Of a stretch of 64,000 bases of DNA, positions 26,901-38,355 are shown piece after piece. Both the position numbers and the translations under genes were made by a program. The notes under the pieces were generated by a model, which was not told the DNA's origin, did no database searches, and saw nothing but the letters and a program-made list of their open reading frames with translations. Within the stretch, counting starts at the first letter, position 1. The number at the start of each line of letters is the position of its first letter. The stretch is from Ancylonema sp. Its lineage: Eukaryota. The DNA is taken from positions 1-64,000 of the forward strand of contig JBFLGF010000185.1 of the NCBI GenBank assembly GCA_050230475.1. The letters are read 5' to 3'.

Positions 26901-29900
26901 TGCCTGCGTCTCTCCTGCCACCCGTCATTCCGATGTCCGCCGCTGAGGCGACAGCTGTCGCGTGGTCCACCCACAGACTGACCGTCAACTCTTGCAGTTC
27001 CGCAGCGCTAATGACCCTCAAATCCTGCGGCCAATCGGGAGCTGCCACGTCACTGACACCGCCCCTCCCACAGTGGCTGCTGGGTGAGCATATGGATTGA
27101 GTATCTCGCACATGCCGGGGGGGTGTGTGGCAGAGGTAACCGGGTACCTTGTTACCCCTCCGACACCCCTTCTGGCAAAAGTGAATTCGAAAGACTTCTG
27201 CCGTTCCTCTTTGTCCCATACCTTGGCATGTGCGAGCGGCCCCTGTGACTGGCCCAGCTGGCACCCCCCGCTGTGTACCAGGAACTCTCGGAATATTTCC
27301 TGAATCCCAACTCCCACCCTCCCCAACCTCATCCCCCACCCTCCCTCACACCACCATCCCAGTCCCCCTCTTACACGCTGCATTCTGACAGGCCGCAGCA
27401 CCCAACAGGTATCCATGATTGCCTCTAGCACCTTCACCCCTGCCTGCCAGCTGGCCTGCACAGGGACAGGTGGCGCCCAGCCAATGAGTCGCCGCAGGGC
27501 TGTATCTCAAATCGCAACACCTGGCAGCATCCCATGTGCAGAGGCCCTGACGGTGCCAACTGGTTGCACACCATAGACAAACCCCCACCCTTATAACGAA
27601 ACAGGACCTTGCGACTGCCGAAGAGCTGGCCTGAGGCACATTCCTTCCCAGAAAGAGACTGGAAGTTTCTCTGGAGCTGCTGGACCAGTTGCAGGCATCT
27701 GCAGCCCGGGACAGAGAAACGTACCATCGCGGGGGAAAGGATGATGGCCTCTCTCGTGTTGCCACCTGTCACTTGCATAACGTAATGATAATGTTCAAAC
27801 ATCCAATATCCGACATCTGACATCCGACCTCCATACCTAATCTTTTGACACTCGACAGCCAACATTCGATATTTCAAGTTCGAGTCATTCTGCCATTCTG
27901 CCAATATTCAATTCTGCCATTCTGCCATTCTGCCATTCTGCCATTCTGCCATTCTGCCATTCTCTCCTCCATTCCGCACTTTCACCTTGCCGCGTGGCGG
28001 AATGGGAGTCTGTCCAGGAAGCAGCGCAGGGGGTTGTTCTCACCCACCACCCTCACCTCACTGCACATGGAGACAGAGAGGAGTACTCATTCTCAGTTGC
28101 GTGCAAAGTGAGGTCTGGAGGGAGTCGGTCAAGTTCGGTTGTATCAACTTCCGGTCCTTATAAGCGACTCCTGCTGTTATATACAAACACCTACACATCA
28201 TGTGGCCATGTCCTGATATGAAGGAGCTTGGACGTGCATGTAGAATTGCAACAACTGATCGTGTGTACCGTCACGTTATATGTGGTTGTGTGTATTGATG
28301 CAAACATTTATACACTCATGTATGTATGTATGTAGGCATGTAAGTATTTTTTTCTGTATGTGTGCATGTACATATGAATGTGTGCATGTGTGTTTGTGTG
28401 TGTGCATGTACGTACGTATGTATATATTTATCTAAGTTTGTATGTATGTTTGTGTCTATATACGTATGTATGTATGTATGTATGTATGCATGTATGTATG
28501 TATGTATAAATGGTTACATGTGATTTTAGAATGTGTGTATGAATAGACGTGCGTCTGTGTGCATGTCTGCAGGTGTCTCCCCACAGGCACTCATATGCGT
28601 ACAGCTGTCCAACAAGGGGTGCTCACGGTGCTGTGGGGCTATCTGCGAATTTGACAACTTCCACATGTGAACGCAGACAGGCCCCCAGCCACACCTCCTC
28701 CACCCCCCTCTCATTGGGACCTACCACGGGATGCACGTGGTGAACTGCCACCTGGCACAACGTGATTGTAGGCTCAGGCGGAAGCACTATGTCGAATAAT
28801 AATCACCGTCATACTCACACTCGGGTACAAAGAGGATGATAGACTCACATTCGTTGCATGTAGACTTCAAATTACCCCTGTATTCTAACCCTCTCAACTA
28901 GACAGCAGATCTTCTGCTGAGATATCACATCACTGATACACACATCCCCTCCTTCATCTCCTTCCACCTGGCAGCTTCCCGACAGAGCATCTGTCCTATC
29001 CACCTCAGCCTACATCCTCACCTGCGCCCCCACTCTGAGTCCTAGAATCCGCGTGGTGGTGCCATGTGTCATCACCACACGCACTCTACGGTCCAGCTCT
29101 AGCGCTGCCCCCTCTCCCACTTCACCTGTAACCTCCCCCACATAATTTACTGTCCCTGTGTGCAGTTCATCTTTATCGCCATGTCCCTCCTTTGTACAGC
29201 TGGCAGTGAGGAGAGAAGGGTGCAGAGGCGAGCACACGTCGGTGAGTGGTCTTGTGACGTAGATGGACCCTTTCTGCTGCCCCTTCCCCAACGGAACCTC
29301 TTTCCGCTTCAATTCGGATACGGCGACGCACCTCCCTATAGTCACACAGCTTCGCCACCTGGCAGCTGATTCTCTCCATCCTCCGTCTGTCTCATCTCCG
29401 AAGTACACACACGTCTGCTGAGTCACTTTCAGCAATGCCAGCTCAGCTCCTCCCCTCACTCTTTCTCCCTCATGAGTGCTACACCTGTCACGATCTGGGC
29501 AGTTTGAATATTTTCGTGCCAAGCCTGAACTCAAACTTTCTCGATTTCCCTTTACACTATAATCTTTGGACCCAGGGACCGACACCTGGTGCATGTCTTG
29601 AGTGAAGGGTCCATCCAGTTCCATATCGGTTAACCGTGTTGCGGACACGGTTGCATTGGAAGGGAGATCGACCGAGTTCCGATTGTTGAACTGACAGGTG
29701 GATGACTTCGGGAGACGACCACACCTCTGCCTGTCGTGGAAGACGCGTGTGATTGGACAGGTGTCGGTCGGGTGGCGACAAGGACCGAGTTCCAGCAGCC
29801 AAGCAGCCACGGTACCTGAACCCTGACCATCCCCCCCTGGTCCCCCATCTTTCCTTCCAGTACCTGCTGGACGCTTGCATGGAATTCTGAGCAACGGACT

Positions 29901-30422
29901 GATGGCTTCCACCTTCCCCCAAAGACATACATTCCTCTCAGCTCTGTCCGATCTTGTCGGCTCCTCTACACTATGTTCCAATATTTCTAAGGCTCGAATC
30001 TCTAAGTATGACTCAGAGGCCGACTGTTCTTGTCCCCGGTCGAGTGGTGTGGGAGGGTGAGTAGCTGCGGAATTCGCCGCACGTGTCGGGGATGGAGAGG
30101 GCAGAGAAATGAGTGTCCCAGCCGTGATTCTGACGAGGGCCCCAGCCAGCTGACTGTGAGCATCCAAAATGGCACATGGAAGAGTCCCAGCGCTATTCAC
30201 TAGGTGCCACGTGTCCAAATTTCTCTTCCTCGTTCCGACAGCTGTCAAATTGCCAAGTTGCAGGCGCCCGACCAACAGATTCGCTCGTCGCTGTGGCTCA
30301 TTGGATTGGGAGCCTTCCAAAATTGCGAATTTTCTTTTTTCGCATCTGTGCCCCTCTGAAGTTTCCGGTGCATGAGGTCCGCCTGAGGTATCTTTCTGAC
30401 AACTGCTGACACTGCCATCCAT
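23412..30422 (-). CDS. CTC1: CST complex subunit CTC1-like (telomere maintenance), multi-exon; 3' exons approximate
   Basis: Exon 1 (30422-29021) has plant CTC1-like motifs: TLPCAILD, YLEIRALE, WGKVEAISPLLRIPC, YVGEVTG...ALELDRRVRVVMT...LRVGAQ. Next exons read VAVHHVHP...LGACLRSHVEVVKF, LRCFLDRLPFRH and LQRNF...LFGSRK. Recognised from memory of the family, not from a search. Confidence 0.75.
23769..23955 (+). repeat. (AAT)n microsatellite with AAC interruptions, in a probable CTC1 intron
   Basis: Directly visible; explains the spurious poly-N/I/L/Y ORFs. Confidence 0.97.
24558..24616 (+). repeat. Degenerate (CCCGATA)n 7-mer array in a probable CTC1 intron
   Basis: cccgatacccaatacccgatagccggtacccgatacttgatacccgatacccga. 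Confidence 0.8.
27890..27963 (+). repeat. (CTGCCATT)n 8-mer array in a CTC1 intron
   Basis: attctgccattctgccattctgccattctgccattctgccattctgccatt. Confidence 0.9.
28315..28510 (+). repeat. (TATG)n/(TG)n microsatellite in a CTC1 intron; similar tracts at ~25135-25215 and, in the opposite sense, in the GT introns (~39400-39700 and copies)
   Basis: Directly visible tatgtatgtatg / catacatacatg arrays. Confidence 0.9.
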
Positions 30423-31386
30423 TGCATTCGGCCTCCATGGACCGTCTACCGCCGACCTTTGCCCACCCCTGAGAAGAGGCCAACTCGACTGTGTGTGTTC
30501 AGTGTGTTCGTGTCACAGTGATGTCAGCGAGAAAGTGGCAGAGATACTCGTATGTGACAATGTGACACAGATAATGGACACGTTAATGAAGCACAACGGC
30601 AAGAAATCATGGATGAAGAATGCAAAGTAGCCTGGACATCTTCCTATTCAAGGTACTGGTTCGTCTTTCCAGAAATAATTTTGACCCTCAGTATCTACAC
30701 AGGCACGTTCTTGTAATGAGATGGGGTTCCCTTCGTTTTTCAGCATTACACTTTTTTTTTTTTTTTCAAGATCCCTGTCTGGCGGTGGTTTCAGTGGAAG
30801 GCTGCTGTCTAGGACAATCATCGCTTAGAGTCCTGAAAAATATTGTACATCATCTGTATTAACTTGACAGGATCGATGAAAAGTGGGCCGGGAGGGCGAT
30901 GGATCAATCCGCCGTGATTCTTCAAGTTCGTAGAAAAAAACATCGAAAAAAAAGCCCGCCAGTTTCGCACGTGGCGATCCCCGTTGAGCTGTGCCGTGAG
31001 AAAGTGCCATGTGCGGTCGCACCTCTGGATTTTCTCTCTGGATTAGTACACCAGAAAGTACAAGGAATGATCGACCCGTACAAATAATTATCACTTGTAC
31101 CGTTTAAACTCAGACCTACTAATTTGAGGGGGAAATGGTCGGTCGCTGGTCGCCTGAGGGTGTTCAGGAGTGAAGGACCCAAAATTGGTCGTCTGTCAGG
31201 GTGTCAGAGGTCGCCAACACATGACGGCGGCGTACGGAGTCATCATCGTCTGTGTCGTTGGAAATGTACCGCGCGCTGCTATGAAGCTGTGGCACACTTG
31301 GTGCTCATAACTTACGCCATTCTTAAATTTGACGAATTATCGTCAGCTTTTGAGATGTGAATGGGATTAGTTTTGACGACATCCCC

Positions 31387-34300
31387 ATGACGGAACGTTC
31401 CCAATCTGCGGTGCATTCTCCGAACGCGGCCGGGAACATCAATGGCGACTGCGAGAAATTGCAAGTTGACGTTCCTGATGTCAGCCCCATCGCCACCTGA
31501 GTTGACCTGCTCGGTGTTTTGCTTTACTATTTCTCTATCTATTTCTGCAATTTCAGACAGCACCCCCGTTATTGTGCGCCATCGTAATTTACGTTGCGCC
31601 CTACGCTGACCTGGCTGATCGAGATTGTTGTCGAGTGAGCAGAAACGAGGATGGAACAAATTTTTCGCTTACGTGGGCCCCGGATTCCTCATCTGCATCG
31701 CGTACATCGATCCTGGCAATTGTACGCTTACCCGAACGGATCTGTCTTCTGCCGCACTCCTGCTACACCAGTCTCTGACCTTAACTTCTGCCTCCTTTCA
31801 CTGGGGCTCGCAGTCGAGAGCGACCTCCAGGCGGGAGCTCTCTTCAAGTACGAGGTGAGTGCGCACTGCGCAGTGCGCAGTGCGCATAGGCTGCATTTCG
31901 AACCAGTCCTGAGAAGTGGTAGGTTGCGATAAGACAAACGGATTTCATCCTGCATGCATTTCATGGAGCGAGACGGGCTCGCCGTGGGGTGAGACTATCC
32001 TTGTTTCAAAGAGTTCAAGTATTGGCGCTCCACCCTGCAGCTCCTTTGGGTTCTGCTCCTGGCGTCAGCAGGGGGGCTGTTCATTCAATCGCTGGCAGCC
32101 AATCTGGGCGTTGTGACTGGTGGGTAATACGAAGTGCGAGTATGTGGTAGAAGAAAGGAAGAAATGGTCAAAAAAATTGATGAATATTTTTCTGGGTACA
32201 AGTGGAGTGTAGTGGTGTATAGTGGGGACAAATGGATAATAGGTACTTCAAGTGGCTGAAGTTGGATGGAAGCAGCCAAGAGTGGCAGAAAGCGGCAGAA
32301 AGCGGCAAAAAGTGTACTTTCGGAGGTGCAGGCAAGCACCTGGCAGAGCATTGTCGATCAGAGTACCCCCGCCTCATCACCTTGCTGCTTTGGGTGGTTG
32401 CTGAGCTGGCAATCGTGGCCAGTGACATCCCCGAAGGTAGCCACCGCACCTTCCTGCCCACTGTGCCTACCCGCAGTGTGCCTGTATGAGACATGTCTGG
32501 GCCGGGGTGCAGTCATAGGCACAGCCTTTGCTCTCAACATGCTGTTTGGGCTGGAGGTGTGGGTGGGGGTCCTGCTCACGGGTCTCAGCACCCTCCTACT
32601 CCTGGCTCTGCAGCAGTACGGGGTAAGGGGGGGGGGGTAAGGGGGGGGGTAAGAATTTCTGGTCCGCCGACCCATCTGGGACTCGGACCGTTATTGCACC
32701 ATTTCATATCGATTCAAAGGGGTTTCGTGTTATCCGGAGGGGTTTTTGTATCAGGTAAGAGGGGTTTTAGATCATCGAGGGCACCGACATTCTTTTGGGT
32801 GTTTTCGGTGCAGATTCGAGTTCTGGAGGTGTTCATTGCTGTTCTCGTGCTCCTTATAGCGCTGTGCTTCATGGTGGAACTGGGGATCGCCTCCCCGCCC
32901 GTGGGAGAAGTGGTGCAGGGGCTGTTGGTACCGCGGTTCTCTGGGCGGGGGTCAACGGGAATCGCCATCTCTCTGCTGGGAGCTGTGGTGATGCCGTAAG
33001 CAGCTGGCACCCCCCCTTGCTGTGTCGGAGAGCTGCCTGTGGACTGGGGTTGACCGCAGGATTTGGGGGGGATGGGGGGGATGGGGGGGGATGGGTCAGG
33101 CACAATTTATTCCTCCATTCCGCCCTCGTGCTCTCTCGAAAAGCGCCTCGCACTCATGAGGCGATCAAGGTATGGGCAGAAATGGCACAATTGGCAGAAA
33201 TGGCATTATTGGCAAAATTGCAGAAGTCGCACCCCCTGTTGGTGGTGGGGAGTGGCCTTGATCCCATCAAACAGACTCCATCCCCACAATGGACAACGTG
33301 ACAATACGGACCACACACACGCGGCTTGAAGGACTACCTCATCACGCTTATAACAAATATGTCGAAACCTGCATCGTGCGAAACCCCCCAACCCCAACCC
33401 CTGGGGGCGGCCAATTCATGGTGCTGACCATATGAAGACTATCAAAAATAGAATCCCCTACCCCTGGGGTTGGCCACAATGCCCACCCACCCATCCCGCA
33501 ATACTCCATTCCTGTGTGGGTCCCACAGGATGGATGCCGCTACAATCTCATTGAGAGCTCTGTGGCCCTTCTTCTCGCATTCGCCATCAACGTGTCCGTC
33601 ATAGCCGTCAGCGCCACCGTCTGCGCACGGACGCTGCTGGCAGCAGAGGACAGCGACAGCTGTCGGAACCTGGATCTCAACCGGGCCCCCTTCCTCTTAA
33701 AGGTCGGTTGGATTGCGGGATTAGGGTCTAGGGTTGTTATTATTTTATTATTTTATTGTTTTATTATTCTATTATTCTATTGTTCTATTATTCTATTATT
33801 CTATCATTCTATTGTTTCATTATTCTGTTATTCTGTTGTTCTGTTGTTCTGTTTTTCTTTTATTCTGTCGTTCTGTTTTTCTGTTGTTCGGTTGTTCTGT
33901 TATTATTTTATTTTATTTTGGGGGGGGGGGGAGTTTTGTTTTGGGGGGTTTTACTTTTTGTTTCCGATTTTGGGGTATTTTTTCCCCTTCCGGATCTCGG
34001 GGATGACTAATCTGGGTTTTTATTCGGCTTTTAGTTCCTTTTGGAGAAAAAAAAAAAGGTTTCTCAAATGTCCATTAGTTCGGATTTTATTCTGGGGTTC
34101 AGCACACCTTGGGGGGGGCTGCTTCGAAACTGTTCGCGATTGCGCTGCTGGCTTCGGGCCAGAGCTCCACCATCACCGGGACGTACGCGGGTCAGTACGT
34201 AATGCAGGGCTTCCTCGAGATGCGCTATAAACCATGGCTGCGCAACCTGGTTACCCGCATGGTGGCCATTCTGCCCTCCCTGGCAGTGGCACTGGTGGGG

Positions 34301-35091
34301 GGATCGAGGGGGGCTGGCCAGCTCATCATCATCTCCTCTGTACGGGAGCCCAGCCCATCCCATCCCAACCCATCTCTCTCCAGGACCTGGGATGACGTTT
34401 GGGTGTGTGTGTGTGGGGCGCAGATGATTCTTTCTTTTGAGCTGCCCTTTGCTCTTGTTCCGCTGCTGAAGTTCACGAGCAGTCCAATGAAGATGGGGCC
34501 GTACGTTAATGCGTGGATGGTGAGGGTGAGGGCGAGGGAAGGGAAGGGTGCATAAGACTAGCGATGCCTACTATGTGATGCGATGCCTACTAGGCGAATT
34601 GTGCACGTGGTGATGTGGGTGTGGCAATTGTGATATTGCTGCAGTTGAGTTGGGTGTTGTGGGCGTTGGGTCTCTTCATAGTGAGTGTGAACGTGTTCTA
34701 CATATGCGACTCCCTAGTGGTTTGGTTATCAACGACCAACTGGCCCATAGCCTACCTTGTTCCCTTCGTCGTCGTCACTAGTACATCACTTTTGATGTAC
34801 ATAGGTGCAATTGTGTACTTAGTTGTGAGGCCAGATGTGGAAAATACGTTTGGATTTGTATATGAGGAAGCGAGGACTGTGGATGAGGATTCAAACCTTG
34901 GAACTCTGACTGGTAGTGTGAAGGAAATTGAGATAGGGTCTGTGTCGAAGTTAGGTGAGAAGGCAAAGAAGGAAGATATGAGGGAGCTTTTGTCTCCTCC
35001 GCACTTAGACTGTGCTGCCGTTGCGTCAGTGCATGCAAACGTATCGTCTAAAGTTGTTGATAGAGATGAACCAAGGGATTGGGCTCTGTAA
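31387..35091 (+). CDS. NRAMP: NRAMP divalent metal transporter (plant NRAMP1/6-type), version A, complete
   Basis: Spliced exons give [106 protein letters not shown]. Probable ATG at 31387; stop 35089-35091. Confidence 0.95.
33735..33915 (+). repeat. Degenerate TATTC/TGTTC-type repeat in an NRAMP intron
   Basis: ttattctattattctattgttctattattc...tctgttgttctgttgttctg. Confidence 0.85.
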
Positions 35092-35821
35092 CGTTCACTT
35101 CCTTTGCATCAAATGGATGCAGTTCTTGCTTGCCTCACTGCAATGGAGCTATAAAAATGTATCCATCGTTCCAAATAATGTTGTTGTGGGAGAGGACTGT
35201 GGTGGTGATTGGCAATGACTTTCCGCTTGGCAACATGCAAGCATTGCATGTATACCCTTGTTTTGGACAAAGAACATTCTCATTAGTGTCAACGAAACGT
35301 ATTTCTCGACATTCCTTACGTGACATACGTGATGCATGAATGTCTTCTTTGTAACAATCTACTTGAGCAAGTGCCAGTTTTCAGATGTGGAGGGTGAGAA
35401 AATATGAAAACTCAAAAATGATCACGCGCCCTCGGTTGTATCACCAAATAGCATCATGTGTACGGAATGCAAGTCTGACATGTAATCTATCAAGTGGCCG
35501 ATTTAGTCACAACAACATAAGTCTTGCTGCAAACTGGCGACATTACCTTATACATATTCAAGTCGTATACGATCGCTCACACAACAAGAGTAAACACACA
35601 AGTAGGCGATTGGGCAGGTAGGTAGATTGATGTACGCGGGGGGCTGTTGCAACCCAACATCACATTTTGTTTGCCGCATTGCTTCCTCATCCATTTTAAT
35701 ATGCATCAAAACATATTTTCTATAACTATGCCTGCATTTACCAGAGTTGATTGAAGCTCTAGTTAGAGTCAGATGCTATTGATAAAGCTTGAGGGCGGGG
35801 GGCATGCAAAGATCTGTCGAT

Positions 35822-36850
35822 CTAATTGCCCGTTGCTTCTCGTTGCAACTCCGTAAACCGCATGCTGACGCGAGCGGTGTGTTTCAAAAACTTTTCCGCG
35901 CATCGTTTCACACAAGTCTCCTCAGTTTTGTCCAAACTTTTCTTCCGGAAGCCGTCTACACACTGGGTGAAGCATTTCTCTACCAAGAAATTGTACATTC
36001 GAAGCCTGTCCGACAGCAGAAGAAGACAATAGAAAAGGTGAGTCAGAAACAAGAAAGTGGAGAAGATGGCTGGAACGAAATTTGCACATATCTGCTGAGA
36101 GACACCAGTTAAATTGCGATGGATATCCCTCGCAGCTGGATAGGTTTGTACTCGTTCAGCTCTCGGTCCCTTACACTGTTTCTGCTCCAGCTGGCCAGAT
36201 CGACAGCCGACTGAAACAAGTCCTTTACATGTCCAGAATTGAACCATCTTTGCAGCACAGAGGTGACTTCCAGAACAAAAGAAACAGGTTGTAACGATTT
36301 CCTCACAGCACAGATAGCTTCACCCTTTTTCAGCTGAGACGGATTTATTCAATTCAAACACCTCAGAGACACTCCGAAGAAAATGCAGTAGAAGTGAGGG
36401 TGCAGTTCTTTTTTACTCCTCTCTGCTTCTCTACAGGCCTGATGTGATGAGAAATTCCGCCACATCATACGCTGATGAATTCATCATTGGACACAAATGA
36501 GGTGCACCGTTGATCGTATCGAAATGAAAGGCGATTCGTAATTCGTTTTCTTTGACCATGAGCATGTCTAATTTTCTCATGTCAACGAATGATAGACTGT
36601 GCGTATGAAAATTGACTCTGCAGTGTGTTTCCAGCATGCATCCGGCTTTGAACGCTCCCTCAGAGAAAGGTATCCCGATATCCCAAACCTTCTCCCCATC
36701 CCACTCCGAACCCGCTACAACAAATTCTTTAAAAGCGTTAGATTGTTGTGCTTACCCGTCCCGCACTTGTGCCATCTCAAGCATTTGTGTCATGCGCTTC
36801 TGATCCTCTGGCGTCATGCCCTCCATGTTAAAGTTATCCATGTCGGTCAT
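35822..36850 (-). CDS. TIM9: Mitochondrial intermembrane chaperone TIM9, version A
   Basis: Exons 36850-36756 (MTDMDNFNMEGMTPEDQKRMTQMLEMAQVRDG) and 36005-35822 (LRMYNFLVEKCFTQCV...EETCVKRCAEKFLKHTARVSMRF); twin CX3C motif. Confidence 0.93.
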
Positions 36851-38355
36851 CTTGTCTCCCTAACTGACAGGATGGAGATGAAACGTTGAAATGTCAAAAC
36901 GAATGCTAGGTCGATGGGCACGAATTTCAAGAGCAGAAATATGGATGATCCACTTGGCCCGTCACTCGGTATGCAAGGAACGACAGAAACACGCTCTGTT
37001 GCTGCTGGTGACAACGGGGAAAGTTGTTTATGTGCAGTGCGCTTCCAAAATTAGGCGGCAATTCCTCCCCGCCGACTTCCACAGAGAGTCGTAAATCTCG
37101 AGCAGGGAAGTGGACGAGTCAGCTTTCATCTGCTGTGTACCTCTCCCTGCTTGGCGGTACTTGCGAGTGAAAACCTCACCTTCTTGACATTGTGCTCTGC
37201 GTGCACAGCAACCCAATCCCCGCCTGCCTGGCAAAACTACTGCAAAACAGACGGATCCTGCCAACCATTTTTAACGTCAAGAGTCGCTGCGGAGGGCCAG
37301 CCAAGACGGACGAAAAGCTACCAGCGGGCTGGGCGTCCGAATGTCGCGTCTGATCCTCAGACGCGCCATTCGGACTCTCCGAGAGCCGTCCGACACATTG
37401 CGCCGTCCGCGCTATCATTTTGTTTTGTCATTTCCCATCAGTCATTTGTGATACTGTGGGTGAGTGGTGGTGGTTATGGGTTACGGATTATGGGTTACGG
37501 ATACGCATATGTTGTTTTCACAATGTTTGCTTGCGGAATCCGCGCTATGTTCAGAATGTGCTGCTCAACTAGTCGCGTAATGGAGTAGCGCATTGTTGCA
37601 CGTCTCTCTGTCTTGTCCGCAGCGGATACTTGATACAGTTTACGTTGTCCTGGACGACAGGTTATGCCCTCAATCATCTGCAAACCATCGGCACGCAGCA
37701 GTCAGTCACATAAAAATTCAGTTTGCAAGGTCAGACTTGCAGTTCCAATAAAAGTCATACATGAATCATTCCCCATTGTATCAATCACACGGATTTTCCC
37801 TGCCCTGATCTGCCTAGAGGTTGCAAGTTCTAAGTTGCACTTCAAGTCAGTAACCAAATAATTTATTAGGGGCGGTTACTTTTGGGTGATAATATCCCCA
37901 TAGGGGATAATTGCTGTCTTATGTGATGCCTGCGTGTTGAGCTTCAGCTTAAGTAGACTGCAGTCACATTTTCAACTTCAGACAGGCAGAACACCACGTC
38001 AGTCAAATTGGCGCGAACATCTGATAAATTCGGCTGATATGACGAAGTCATGGAGTGCATCTGGGTGAATTGTTCGATTGACAACTAGTTGCGCCACCCT
38101 CTACCTGCGCCGTATTCATGTCATTAATGACTGTTTTTTTACTGCATGGTATGGGCTCGAACATTCGCCCTGGGGTTATTGGGGTCATTTTGGACCCAAA
38201 AGATCGGTGCTGACCGCTAATCACGGAAGACTGGTTCAATAACATGCTGAAATTTCGAGTGCGGCAGAATGCTGACCCCTCCGTATATTGCCCTGGCAGA
38301 ACGCAGGGGACTCCGCTGATCTTTGTGCTCATTCTGCCCCCCCCCCTGACTGCAG

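Noticed and set aside
36361..36490. Possible box C/D snoRNA in the TIM9 intron (minus strand ATGATGA...CTGA), and an H/ACA-like hairpin nearby
   Set aside because: The C box is ATGAAAA in version B, the ACA box is not conserved, there is no terminal stem and no recognisable rRNA guide. An Infernal/Rfam scan would be needed.
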